Source: a virus
Strand: one strand, 5' to 3'
DNA length: 64,000 bases
Virus record (IMG/VR): IMGVR_UViG_3300033141_004862
Location: 3,842-67,841 of that record
Both the position numbers and the translations under genes were made by a program. Below are positions 27,189 through 36,952 of this stretch, one piece after another (position 1 is the first letter of the stretch; the number at the start of each line of letters is the position of its first letter). A model generated the notes under the pieces. It saw nothing but the letters and a program-made list of their open reading frames with translations. It made no database searches and was not told the origin of the DNA.

Positions 27189-27467
27189 ATGCGGGATTTA
27201 GTGGGAAGTCCCGTTTTTCTGATGACCGCAGACAAAGTTTTTAAGGCCGTAGTCACCTCAGTTAATGTCGAGCTCCATCCGTACATGTACGTCTCAGCCA
27301 CTTCTACATCGATTCCGGAAATAACTGGCCGAGTGAGGCCCGTTTATCATTTGGAGGTGGACGCTGAAAGTCTTGCACCGCTGACCGTTAACGACGGTGA
27401 CGCCATCGAGTCCATCATCGACACGTTGAGTGCAATCATAGAAGGAGGTGAGGATGCCAGCGAATGA
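27189..27467 (+). CDS. Hypothetical protein
   Basis: GGGAG RBS before ATG 27189. Confidence 0.55.
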   Translation: MRDLVGSPVFLMTADKVFKAVVTSVNVELHPYMYVSATSTSIPEITGRVRPVYHLEVDAESLAPLTVNDGDAIESIIDTLSAIIEGGEDASE

Positions 27468-28005
27468 GGGCGAAATAGTAATCAGGTTTGGGAACGAGGT
27501 TTACCGGGGCAACTACCTCGAAGACTTGAGGATCAACGAGGCGACAATCAACGACATGCTTGCGGCTCAGCCGTCTTTGTTCGTGTTTTGGGCGAAAATG
27601 TGCGCCCTGCAACGTGCCATTCTGGAGAAGAAGAAAATGGAGTTGGACAGGTACGAGGCACAACTCGACTCGTACATCAGGGCAGAGAAGGAAAGACGAG
27701 GCGAGAAGGTGACGGAGAAAATCGTGGAGAACGCAATAAAACGAGACTCACGACGGGACGATCTGGCAAATCAGCTCCTTGCCGAGAAGTTGAAGTACGA
27801 CCAGTTGGTGGCTATCAAAGAAGCCTTCTCACAGCGTGCGAGTATGCTGATGTCGATCGGGGCAAACCTGAGGGAGGAGCTTTCGGAAACGCAGCTAAGC
27901 GTCCGTGAGAAGGAGGTTATTAACGAACGCCTTCAGTACAGTGCCGCCCACCGCAACGCCGTCGAGGAAGAATTCAGAAAAAGGAGGAGGAGAGGAAAGA
28001 CGTGA
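27454..28005 (+). CDS. uvsY: UvsY-like recombination mediator
   Basis: DLRINE...QPSL...W...coiled coil...K.TE..VEN...AF.QR..ML; located next to the SSB and RecA genes. Confidence 0.7.
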   Translation: MPANEGEIVIRFGNEVYRGNYLEDLRINEATINDMLAAQPSLFVFWAKMCALQRAILEKKKMELDRYEAQLDSYIRAEKERRGEKVTEKIVENAIKRDSRRDDLANQLLAEKLKYDQLVAIKEAFSQRASMLMSIGANLREELSETQLSVREKEVINERLQYSAAHRNAVEEEFRKRRRRGKT

Positions 28006-28025
28006 GGGACGGCAAGCATGGTGTG

Positions 28026-28050
28026 ATGAAACTATCGCCTCGGTGACAAT
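28026..28050 (+). promoter_or_regulatory. Bipartite promoter motif (ATGAA-N11-GGTGACAAT)
   Basis: Upstream of the SSB/RecA operon. Confidence 0.75.
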
Positions 28051-28082
28051 ACTAATGGTGAGGCGAGACCATACGAAAGGAG

Positions 28083-28328
28083 GTGAAGGACGTGGAGGAC
28101 GAGACGGTAAAAGTCGAGGACAGTAAGAAGTTGTCGGGACAGCACAGAAGGAAGATCTCCGAGGGCGTCAGAAAATCCTGGGCACGTCGGAAAAACCACG
28201 AGTTGGACAGGGCGAAAGCCGAGGTGATGAGGGAAATAGCCAGCATCGACAAAGAGTTGGTGCGGCTCAAAGCTCTGAAAGCCCATCTCAATTCCGTGCT
28301 CAAAGGCATGAACGCCTACAAACGCTGA
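28083..28328 (+). CDS. Small NUMOD3-like DNA-binding protein
   Basis: KLSGQHRRKISEGVRKSW motif plus a coiled coil. Confidence 0.55.
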   Translation: MKDVEDETVKVEDSKKLSGQHRRKISEGVRKSWARRKNHELDRAKAEVMREIASIDKELVRLKALKAHLNSVLKGMNAYKR

Positions 28329-28493
28329 AGGGAATCTGAAAGGAGGTGCAAAGCTGGAGTTTAGAGTTTTTAAACAGGACAGCAGTGCGGTGTGGTATTC
28401 GTTGGTCCGATCCGACTGGTGCAACGATGATTCACACACACACCGTAAGGTGCACAGGGTAAAGGAACAAAAGAAACAATAAGGAGGTATTGT

Positions 28494-29369
28494 ATGAGTC
28501 GAAGAGAAGTTTTGGAAAGGGAAGCCAGCAGGCTCCGCGACCAGCAATCGCGGATCGGCCTGAACTTTTGGCGTCCGAAGGTTGGGAAGAACACCGTCAG
28601 GATTCTCCCCCATTGGAGCGGAGACGTGGAGGAGCTGTTCTACCACAAGTTCAAACGCCATTTTGGGGTTGGGCCGAGCAAGGCCCAGGTCATCTGCCGT
28701 AAGTCCTACTCGGATAGCGAGGACTGCCCCATCTGCGACCACGTGGCAGAACTCAAAGCAACGGGACGGCGTGATGACGCCTACGCGGCTCGAGACATCA
28801 GCGCGAAGGAGCGGTTCATGGTGAACATGATTGACGTCAACGACCCCCAGGCAGGCGTCCAGCAATGGGAGATGGGCGCGGGGTTGTTCAACGACATCCT
28901 GATGCTCTTCCTCGACCCCGACTTCGGGGACATGGACAACCTGGAGACTGGCAGGCATATCAAAGTCGACAGGGTCGGTGAGGGAAAGTTCGATACGAAG
29001 TACACGGTCATTCCGGCGGGGACGGCGACACGAATCGACCCGAGGGTGATGTCGAAGGCAAAGAATTTGGAGGAGCTGTGTGCCATCCCGTCTCTGGACG
29101 AGGTTGTTGCGGCGTTGGAGGGCGAGGAATACTACGAGGGCGATAACGAGGAAGACGTCTCCGAGTTCTTGGGGGATGACGGCGAGGAGGAAGCAGAGCC
29201 TGCGTCCCCACCCTCCGGTTCGGAGGAGAAGGAGGAGGAGGTTCTGTCAATTCCACTTGACGATACGACCGAACCCGCAGCAGAGAAGTCCGAGGAGCCG
29301 AAACCCCGAACGACCTCAACCCGTGCGGAGAGGCTTGCGGAGATGAGGGGAAAGCTGAAGGATAAATGA
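28494..29369 (+). CDS. Single-stranded DNA-binding protein, T4 gp32-like
   Basis: FWRPK.G.NTVRILP, H...C...CPIC Zn site, G....V.R.G.G..DTKY, acidic C-terminal region. Confidence 0.85.
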   Translation: MSRREVLEREASRLRDQQSRIGLNFWRPKVGKNTVRILPHWSGDVEELFYHKFKRHFGVGPSKAQVICRKSYSDSEDCPICDHVAELKATGRRDDAYAARDISAKERFMVNMIDVNDPQAGVQQWEMGAGLFNDILMLFLDPDFGDMDNLETGRHIKVDRVGEGKFDTKYTVIPAGTATRIDPRVMSKAKNLEELCAIPSLDEVVAALEGEEYYEGDNEEDVSEFLGDDGEEEAEPASPPSGSEEKEEEVLSIPLDDTTEPAAEKSEEPKPRTTSTRAERLAEMRGKLKDK

Positions 29370-30355
29370 CAAGTAGAAACTCGGAATTTGAGGAACTTAG
29401 GAAACAGCTCTCCTCGATAGACCTGCGGGAGGTTGACGAGGACGTCAGGTGTATACCCACAGGTGTCACGGCGTTTGACCTGGCGATGGGCGGGGGTTGG
29501 CCTGAGTCTCGATTCTCGGAGTGCTACGGAACTTGGCAGTCGGGCAAGAGCCTTCTGATGTACCAAAGCATCCGAGCCTGTCAGAGACTTGGCGGGCTGG
29601 CTTTCCTCGATGATGCCGAGAGGGCTTTCGACAAAAGGTGGGCGAGGACGCTCGGGATAAACGTTGATGACTTGTTCTATTTCATCTCGGAAAGTCTCGA
29701 GCACGGATTCGCCCACCTTGAGAAGGTCGCACGGATAGTAAGGGAGAGCCCGTCGTTCCGCAACGTCCCCATACTCTACGTTAAAGACAGCCTGGAGGCG
29801 AGCATCGCCAAGGAAGAGGAGGAGATGGAGTTTTCAAAGACGGGCGTTGCGCTCAGGGCCAGAGCCATCTCCACGGGACTGAGACGCCTGACGAACTTGA
29901 TAGCCGACCAGAGGATCGCCGTCGTCTTTGTCAATCAGCTTAGGACGAAGATCGGAGTGATGTTCGGTACGCCCGAGGAGACGGCGGGAGGCAAGGCTCC
30001 GAAGTACTATGCAGGACTGCGCGTTCTGATGAAGAAGGGAAAAAGGATAAAGATGGGGACAAGGACGGTCGGCATGGCAGGAACGTTGGAGGTTATCAAG
30101 TCGAAGATAGGCGTTCCGTTCCGCCATGTCAACTTCCAGATGATGTTCAATCGCGGCATTCCCGAACTGAGCGGACTGCTCGATTACCTTGTCGAGCAGG
30201 AGGTCATCAAACAACCCACATCTCGAGCCTTCGAGTTCGAAGGCGAAAGGTTCTCACGTCGAAAATTCCCCGAGGTATGGGAAGAGAAGAAGGAAGCGAT
30301 CCTCGAATCCTACAGGAAAATGGAGGAGGACTATGGGCAAGGTGTCGAGGGATAA
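29366..30355 (+). CDS. recA: RecA/UvsX recombinase
   Basis: IPTG..AFD.AMGGG, E.YG..QSGKS, DAERA, DS, VFVNQLR.KIGVMFG.PE..AGGKA.KYYA..R. Confidence 0.92.
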   Translation: MTSRNSEFEELRKQLSSIDLREVDEDVRCIPTGVTAFDLAMGGGWPESRFSECYGTWQSGKSLLMYQSIRACQRLGGLAFLDDAERAFDKRWARTLGINVDDLFYFISESLEHGFAHLEKVARIVRESPSFRNVPILYVKDSLEASIAKEEEEMEFSKTGVALRARAISTGLRRLTNLIADQRIAVVFVNQLRTKIGVMFGTPEETAGGKAPKYYAGLRVLMKKGKRIKMGTRTVGMAGTLEVIKSKIGVPFRHVNFQMMFNRGIPELSGLLDYLVEQEVIKQPTSRAFEFEGERFSRRKFPEVWEEKKEAILESYRKMEEDYGQGVEG

Positions 30356-30896
30356 AGGAAGGAGGGGAGAGACGGGGGCGAAGGCGATCATCAATCCCGT
30401 ATTCTATCCGAATCCCGATGAAGGGCGGATTGTAAAGACGCCGAGGTCGGGAGGTTGGAGGGGGGAAACGATCCTGTCGGGAGACCTGGTGTGCGTCCGA
30501 AAGCTGAAGGACGAGGAACAGATCGACAGGCGATTTCCATTCTTCTTCGAGGTGAAGAACGTTAGGAGGTCCACCGTACCAGCGTTTGGGATCTTAGGAG
30601 GCCACGTCAGACTCCTCGCCGACGGATGGTGGGCAAAGGCGAAGGAGAAGTCGCCTCCTAACTACTACACGCTCGTCCTATGGAAAGTAGACTTCTCCGA
30701 ATGGTTCGTTTTTCTGTCGCTTTGGGATTTTCGGCAGTTGGAAGAGGGGTTTGGCCCGTTGCCTGCCGACTATGCGATCACGGAGATTCGTGAACGCTCC
30801 GTAGAGGAGGACGGGCCGGAAGTCGGATGGGTGAACATGCCCTGGGCCACGTTCGCCCGTTGGTTCAAGAGGAGCGTGTTTACAGGCGGGGAGTGA
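30333..30896 (+). CDS. PD-(D/E)XK Holliday junction resolvase
   Basis: SRDKG.RGE...PRSGG...GDL...FFFEVKN. Confidence 0.75.
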   Translation: MGKVSRDKGRRGETGAKAIINPVFYPNPDEGRIVKTPRSGGWRGETILSGDLVCVRKLKDEEQIDRRFPFFFEVKNVRRSTVPAFGILGGHVRLLADGWWAKAKEKSPPNYYTLVLWKVDFSEWFVFLSLWDFRQLEEGFGPLPADYAITEIRERSVEEDGPEVGWVNMPWATFARWFKRSVFTGGE

Positions 30897-30900
30897 TGAA

Positions 30901-32091
30901 TTGAGGTTCATAGCGTTTTCGGACCTGCATCTCCATCCGTTTAGGGCGTTTGCCTCTTACGGAGAACGGGGGAACTCTCGGCGGCTGGAGATTGCGGAGC
31001 GTCTCCGAAACATTGTGGACATTGCCAACATGGACAAGTACGATGCCGTTGTCTTTGCGGGAGACTTCTTCCACGAACGGGGGAAGGTGAACGTGACCTC
31101 GATGACGATGGCGAAGGACATCCTCGGCAAGTTGAAGAAGCCGTTTATCGCCTGCTCGGGTACGCACGATTTGACGCCGGGAGGCCATTCTTCAATGACG
31201 GCGTTCAAGGAGCTTGCGGCTACCCTGAAAACGATGCAGGGAAGGAACCGGGTTGCGACGTTCCACCTCGACGAGACGGTCACGCTGTTTGACAGTGCGA
31301 TGACGCAGTGGACTTTCGTTTGCGTGCCTGATCCTTTGGACTACTCGGAGCATTACCGACGCATCGTGGGGGCGCACCTTCTTGCGACGTCGAACCATCG
31401 CACGAACCTAATCCTGGTGACACACGGATTCGTGAGCGGCGAGCCGTGGGGAGGAGCGAGTTGGATGCCGACGGCACTGGATCCCACCGAGTTGAATCGC
31501 CTCTTCGCATTCTCCGTGGTAGGCCATTACCACAAACCTGCCTACGAGAACAGAATCCTCGTTCCGGGAGCCGCCATTCCTCACCATTTTGGGGACGAGG
31601 AGGCGGGAGGAGGAGCCGTGTGGGACGTTTCCATCGAGCACGATTCAAAAGAGGACATCTATCGGGCGAGTTGCACCCCAATATCCTTCACGCACCCGCA
31701 GTTTCGGACGGTTAGGTTGGCAAGCGGAGAGGAGTTCGACGGCACGTCAAGCGACTACTATCGGATATTCACCAACGACCCCGATTTCGTGCTCCCCGAA
31801 GGAATCAAAGGAATCGTCATCTACGAACCCCCAGCGGAGAGAGTTGCGACCTCTGACAGGTCGGAAATCAGGCCCGCTGACTCACGAAGAGATCTCGTTT
31901 CCAAATGGGTGGACAGGAAGCTCGGAGACACGAGGGCGGCTGAGGACGGGGAGAAGGTATCGAGGGCGAGAGAATTGGTTGATCGATTGAAGGAGAAGTA
32001 CAAACGGGTGGGCGAGATCTTGGCAAGCGATTCCCCGACCCTCACCCCAGAGGAAATGGAGGAAATCGAACGAGTGATGGAGGAACGATGA
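30901..32091 (+). CDS. sbcD: Mre11/SbcD/gp47-like metallophosphoesterase nuclease
   Basis: SDLH, AGDFFH, GTHD, TH, GHYH; adjacent to the Rad50-like gene. Confidence 0.85.
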   Translation: MRFIAFSDLHLHPFRAFASYGERGNSRRLEIAERLRNIVDIANMDKYDAVVFAGDFFHERGKVNVTSMTMAKDILGKLKKPFIACSGTHDLTPGGHSSMTAFKELAATLKTMQGRNRVATFHLDETVTLFDSAMTQWTFVCVPDPLDYSEHYRRIVGAHLLATSNHRTNLILVTHGFVSGEPWGGASWMPTALDPTELNRLFAFSVVGHYHKPAYENRILVPGAAIPHHFGDEEAGGGAVWDVSIEHDSKEDIYRASCTPISFTHPQFRTVRLASGEEFDGTSSDYYRIFTNDPDFVLPEGIKGIVIYEPPAERVATSDRSEIRPADSRRDLVSKWVDRKLGDTRAAEDGEKVSRARELVDRLKEKYKRVGEILASDSPTLTPEEMEEIERVMEER

Positions 32092-35021
32092 GGGTCGAGT
32101 TCAAAAAGCTCGAAATTCAGAACTTCATGTGTTTCGAGTCCGCAACGTTCGAGTTCCATGATAGCGGCCTGCACTTGATATGCGGGAAGGTTGAACGTGC
32201 GGACGCACCCTCAGCAAATAGTAATGGTGCTGGGAAGTGTTTACCGGAAGATTCCCCGGTGTTGATGTCAGACGGCTCGTGGCGAAAGTTGAAAGAGGTT
32301 CGAGTTGGTGATTGGGTAATGTGTGCTGATTTCGGAAAGGGCTGTTGCGTGCCGTCTCCGGTAGTTGCAGTGAGGGATTCTGGGGAGAAGGAGGTTTATG
32401 AGATTACGTTTTCGGATGGCGGGAAGGTTTGCGCTTCTGGAGAACATATATTTCCAATGAAGTTTTTTGCGGGCGGGCCATTCAAGATGCGGAGCGTGTT
32501 TGAGTTAGTTAAGAAGTATCAGTCTTCTGACATTAAACCTTCGCGCAGAGCTAGGTTTTTGACTTTGCCCATTGAGTATCCGGAGAGGGCTTTGCCACTA
32601 GACCCGTATTTAATTGGACTTTTGTTAGGTGATGGAATTTGTGATTTGGACAGTCGCCCTGGGTATTGGGTGACCACGACGGATTCTGAGATAGTTGAGT
32701 ATTGCCGAGGGCAGTCTGAGATGTTTGGGTTTGAGCAGAGGAATGATGGGATGACCTATCGAGTTTTTCCTCGAAGATATGGCAGTTCCGCCCCTAGTGA
32801 CATTTTGGCCTCTTTGGGCATGAAGGGGAAGCGAGCAGAATCCAAGGAGATACCCCAAAGTTATCTAAGGTCTTCAGTGGAACAACGAAAGCATCTATTG
32901 GCTGGTTTAGTTGATACCGATGGGTATGTTGGAAGTGGTAGTATGATAGAGTTGTCCACGAAGTCAGAGAAGTTGAAAGATGGAATCGTGGAGTTATTTT
33001 ATTCGTTGGGCGGTAGGGCAAAGGCTGTGTTGCGAGAGGATGGCAAGAATTGGCGTGTTTATGGGCATTTACCGAGAGGTTGCGTTTTGCCCTTGAAGGT
33101 TAAAAGGAAGTTAGAAGTTCACAAGGAGAAGTCTAGGTGTATGTTGGATTATTCGTTGAGGATTGTTCGGGATGTGAAGCTGGTTGGGCGGAAACGGTGT
33201 GGAGATATTCAAGTGGCCCACAAAGACCATTGTTTTGTTTCTCATAGTTATGTAGTAACTGGAAATAGTGCGATTTTTGAGGCGCTCACCTGGTGCCTGT
33301 TCGGAAAGACGCTACGTGGCATGAGGGCGAACGACGTTGTTCGCATCGGTTCCGAGGGAGGTTGCGTCGTCAAAGTGGAGTTCGTCAAGGGGGACAGGAA
33401 CTACGCAGTTCGCCGATACCGACTTCACCCCATCCTCGGAAATAGAGTCGAGACCTATGTGTGGCGGACGGGATCTGCGCCGGAGGAGACGACGAAGAGC
33501 ATCATTGCGGAAACGGACAGACACATCGTCGACAATCTCGGATTCTCGTTCGACCTCTTCCGAAACTCCGTATGCTACGGACAGGGCCTCCCCTACAGAT
33601 TCGCACAAGCGACTGATGCGGAGAAAAAGGGAATCCTCGAGGAAATCTTGTCGATGGGGTGGGTTCGGAGGGGGCGGCTCAAAGCGTCGCAAGCCCTTCG
33701 GGACTATCAGGAGGCTCGGCGAGCGGTTGGGGCGGAAACCGACTCGTTGTGGGCGAGGCTCCACGACCACAGGGACAGAATTCGGGAGCTGTCATCCTTG
33801 CAACAACCGGACCCGGAGGAAGGAGAGCACGATGAGATCGCCAGCCTGGAGAGCGAGTTGAGGTCGTTGCAGAGTGAACGTAAGAGGATAGACGAGGAGG
33901 TTGCGACAATGGTGGCGGAGGTGAAAAAGGAAGAGGAACATCTCAAAAAACTGAGGGACGAGATCGCCGATAGGAACAATGAGCTTACTCGTATCCGCAC
34001 CGAGACAAACTTATTCACCATGAAGATGGAGGCGTGCGAAAAAAGAATAGAAGAGGCGAAGTCCCGAAAACTTCTCGGCAAGGACTGCCCAACATGCAAG
34101 AGAAAGATAACGGCTTCGGCGTTGAAGGGCATTGAGGCGACGGCAAAAAGCGAAATTCAGAGCATCAAACGGAAGTTGCAAAGGCGGAGGAACAGGGAGA
34201 ACGCCATTTCGTATGAGGTGGTAGAGCTGCTGTCCTGGAGGCACCAAGTTGAGGAAAGGTTGTCGGAGAAGATAGCAGTACGGGACGGGCTGACGAACCA
34301 ACGACCAAGCCTGCTGGCTCGAATCGCCTCCTGTCGAGAGAGGATTGATGCAAAGCGGCGGGAGGTGGCGAAGCCGGACAACATCAGCAGGCTCATCCAG
34401 GAGGAGCGACAACGGGCCGAGGCGTTGGAAGAGTCGATTCAGAAAAACCGTGAGTTAGAAGAGTACATCTCGAGTCTCATACGCGTCATGGAGTTTTGGG
34501 AGGAGGGGTTCGGGAATCAAGGTTTGAAATCGCTGATAATCGACAATCTCGTTCCGTTCCTGAACCACGCAGCCCGGAGGTACTCAACAATGCTGACGGA
34601 CGGGGAAGTGGAGGTGGAGTTTCGGACCCAGACCGAGACTCTGAGGGGGGAGGTGCGGGAACGATTCGAGGTCGACGTGACACATCGTTCCGGCACCGAC
34701 TACGCAGGTGGCTCGGGAGGAGAGAAGAGGAGAGTCGACGTGATTGTCCTCCTTGCACTTCACGACCTTATCGCTTGGCAGAACGGTGTCGACACGAACA
34801 TCCTGATTTTCGACGAGGTGTTTGAGAACCTAGACGAGGTGGGCACCGAAAGGCTGGTGCTGATGCTGCGTGACAAGGCCGCAGGATCGGCGGAAAGGGG
34901 CGAACGTCCCCGGGCCGTCTACATCATATCCCATACGGACGAACTCGTGGAAGAGTGTGACGACACCCTTTGGGTGCGCAAGGACAGTCGGGGAATCTCG
35001 TTGTTGGAGAGAAGACAATGA
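32088..35021 (+). CDS. sbcC: Rad50/SbcC/gp46-like ATPase with intein
   Basis: IQNFMCF, NGAGK/S, coiled coil with CPTC hook, SGGEKRR, FDEVFENLD, IISH. Confidence 0.9.
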   Translation: MRVEFKKLEIQNFMCFESATFEFHDSGLHLICGKVERADAPSANSNGAGKCLPEDSPVLMSDGSWRKLKEVRVGDWVMCADFGKGCCVPSPVVAVRDSGEKEVYEITFSDGGKVCASGEHIFPMKFFAGGPFKMRSVFELVKKYQSSDIKPSRRARFLTLPIEYPERALPLDPYLIGLLLGDGICDLDSRPGYWVTTTDSEIVEYCRGQSEMFGFEQRNDGMTYRVFPRRYGSSAPSDILASLGMKGKRAESKEIPQSYLRSSVEQRKHLLAGLVDTDGYVGSGSMIELSTKSEKLKDGIVELFYSLGGRAKAVLREDGKNWRVYGHLPRGCVLPLKVKRKLEVHKEKSRCMLDYSLRIVRDVKLVGRKRCGDIQVAHKDHCFVSHSYVVTGNSAIFEALTWCLFGKTLRGMRANDVVRIGSEGGCVVKVEFVKGDRNYAVRRYRLHPILGNRVETYVWRTGSAPEETTKSIIAETDRHIVDNLGFSFDLFRNSVCYGQGLPYRFAQATDAEKKGILEEILSMGWVRRGRLKASQALRDYQEARRAVGAETDSLWARLHDHRDRIRELSSLQQPDPEEGEHDEIASLESELRSLQSERKRIDEEVATMVAEVKKEEEHLKKLRDEIADRNNELTRIRTETNLFTMKMEACEKRIEEAKSRKLLGKDCPTCKRKITASALKGIEATAKSEIQSIKRKLQRRRNRENAISYEVVELLSWRHQVEERLSEKIAVRDGLTNQRPSLLARIASCRERIDAKRREVAKPDNISRLIQEERQRAEALEESIQKNRELEEYISSLIRVMEFWEEGFGNQGLKSLIIDNLVPFLNHAARRYSTMLTDGEVEVEFRTQTETLRGEVRERFEVDVTHRSGTDYAGGSGGEKRRVDVIVLLALHDLIAWQNGVDTNILIFDEVFENLDEVGTERLVLMLRDKAAGSAERGERPRAVYIISHTDELVEECDDTLWVRKDSRGISLLERRQ
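32238..33266 (+). mobile_element. Intein with LAGLIDADG endonuclease in Rad50 Walker A
   Basis: CLPEDS...SGEH...IGLLLGDG...LAGLVDTDG...VVTGN/S; visibly T-richer than its flanks. Confidence 0.88.
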
Positions 35022-35074
35022 CGACGCGACAGAGAGAAACCTCGAGGTCTGGCAACAAGAGAAGGAGGAGAACT

Positions 35075-35707
35075 ATGCCTAAAGGATTGAGACCCCACGG
35101 CGGGGAGATAGTGATGGTCCCCATCGATGAGATAACGCTTCTCGCCAATCCAAAAATTCACAGTGAGGAACAAATCACGGACATGATGGATTCCATCAAG
35201 AAATTCGGATTTGTTGACCCCTGCCTCATTGGGCCAGCGAACACCCTACTTGCAGGCTATTGCAGGCTCGAAGCGATGAAGCGGCTCGGCCACACAGAGA
35301 TTCCATGTCGAATCGTTCGACTCAAGGAGGACGAATTTTTTGCGTACATCATGTCGGAAGGGAGGATTGCGGAGAAGACAAGTTGGGACTACGAGGTCTT
35401 CATTAAGAAGTACCTGGAAATGCCCGAGGTGGAGAGGGCAAACATAGTGGCGTGGAGAGAGGAGGAGATACAAGATCTGATTCGTTGGCAAGAGGAGCAG
35501 GCTCAACCCGTGGAGATTGAAGAGCCGACGGAGCTTCCTCCCCCTCCCGAACTCGATACGTCGAGGGTGCAGGTGAACCTCTCGTTCCCGAGACGCTATT
35601 GGGACCTCCATCACGAGGAGATCGAGAACGAACTGATGGACTTTTGTAGGAGGCACGAGGGGGCGGAGTTTCAGGCTCGGTTGGAGTTCGGAAGGAGACG
35701 CCGTTGA
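35075..35707 (+). CDS. ParB/Srx-like N-terminal domain protein
   Basis: VPIDEI...NPKIH...I..SIKKFGF..P..I...LLAG..RLEA...LG..EIP. Confidence 0.8.
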   Translation: MPKGLRPHGGEIVMVPIDEITLLANPKIHSEEQITDMMDSIKKFGFVDPCLIGPANTLLAGYCRLEAMKRLGHTEIPCRIVRLKEDEFFAYIMSEGRIAEKTSWDYEVFIKKYLEMPEVERANIVAWREEEIQDLIRWQEEQAQPVEIEEPTELPPPPELDTSRVQVNLSFPRRYWDLHHEEIENELMDFCRRHEGAEFQARLEFGRRRR

Positions 35708-35728
35708 ATCGAACGAGATGGTGACAAT
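35704..35728 (+). promoter_or_regulatory. Bipartite promoter motif (TTGAA-N11-GGTGACAAT)
   Basis: Exact consensus match. Confidence 0.75.
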
Positions 35729-35975
35729 TCTAATTAGAGAGGAAATTTTAGGATGCGGAAGAAACGACGGAGGTGAGAATGGAAAGAAGATTCACAGACG
35801 AGAAAGAGTGTGCTGCCTACGATGCGGAAAATGGTACGTGGCTCATGTGGTCAGCCACGGGCGCTCCGGATAAAGACGGACGGCTCTGCACACGAGAAGC
35901 GTGCAAGCACCATGAGGTATGCAAGAATTATCAGACATGGTACGGAGGGAGCAAGCCACTCTTGAGGTGACGAAC

Positions 35976-36554
35976 ATGGCGAAGACAGTATGGTCAGAGT
36001 CCCTGACTGACGTATTTGAAGCCGCAGAAACGTTCTGCAAGCGTGTCGATGAGCAGAAGTCGCTGAAGCTGTTCATATCTTTCTACGACTCGGCGCTTAG
36101 AGAGATGTTCCTGCGTCCCGAAGATGAGATGACGGAGCTTACACGCACCGTTTGGCTCGACATCATTCGCTGGCTCGTGGCGTACAGAATTGCAAAGCTC
36201 AGGACGATGCGTGATCATTTGTGGATCGTCGTCGACTTGTTTCTACATACAGAACTCGATCCGTGGTGTACATTCACGATGACGTTCGGAAAGACATGTG
36301 CCGACTGCCCGCTCGTCAAGCATAACGCGGTCAAGTTTGAGAGGATAAGCAATGCCGTGATGTCGGTGGACAGCTTCTTGCGTTGCAAGCTGGCAAATCC
36401 TGCATTCCGCGAGATGGTGAAGGTTTTTCAGAAAAAGGATTTCGCCGCCTACAAGAAGCTCGTCCAAAGACAGGTTTTCGACAACCAAGCGGTGAAAGTT
36501 TGGAACGCCGTAAGAGGGAGGAGCAAAGATGGAAAGCGGAGGGACGATCCTTGA
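35976..36554 (+). CDS. Hypothetical protein with Cys cluster
   Basis: GAGGTG RBS; PWC...CADCPL. Confidence 0.65.
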   Translation: MAKTVWSESLTDVFEAAETFCKRVDEQKSLKLFISFYDSALREMFLRPEDEMTELTRTVWLDIIRWLVAYRIAKLRTMRDHLWIVVDLFLHTELDPWCTFTMTFGKTCADCPLVKHNAVKFERISNAVMSVDSFLRCKLANPAFREMVKVFQKKDFAAYKKLVQRQVFDNQAVKVWNAVRGRSKDGKRRDDP

Positions 36555-36882
36555 CGGGAGGACCGGAATGGATTTGACGAGCTACGAGAAGGCCTGTTAT
36601 CTTCTCGCCCTCTATCGTGGTGCTATGGTGACGCTGGAGAGCAAGAAAGAGGCAGAAGAAGACAACAAGGAATTGCATGACATCCTCGAAAAGCTAATGA
36701 TAGGCCAGGAGATGATTCTCAAGTTGTGGCAGGAGGAGGAGACAAGATCTTTCGACGACGTGGTGGACGAACTTGTGGGCCGTGTGGGCGTGGAGGGGTT
36801 TCTTCGCGACGTCACCAAGCTCTTGCAGCTTACGAGAACCGAAAGCCGAGCGGCCGATGACGTCAATGACAAGCCTCATTGA
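36529..36882 (+). CDS. Hypothetical helical protein
   Basis: GGAGGAG RBS, 117 aa. Confidence 0.6.
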   Translation: MESGGTILDGRTGMDLTSYEKACYLLALYRGAMVTLESKKEAEEDNKELHDILEKLMIGQEMILKLWQEEETRSFDDVVDELVGRVGVEGFLRDVTKLLQLTRTESRAADDVNDKPH

Positions 36883-36885
36883 ACG

Positions 36886-36910
36886 TTGAATCATGACTGT
36901 CGGTGACAAT
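36886..36910 (+). promoter_or_regulatory. Bipartite promoter motif driving the Ubl operon
   Basis: TTGAA-tcatgactgtc-GGTGACAAT, nearly identical to copy 1 at 50-74. Confidence 0.78.
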
Positions 36911-36952
36911 TCTAATAGAGAAAGAAGGAAAAAATTTTAGACGGAGGCAAAG

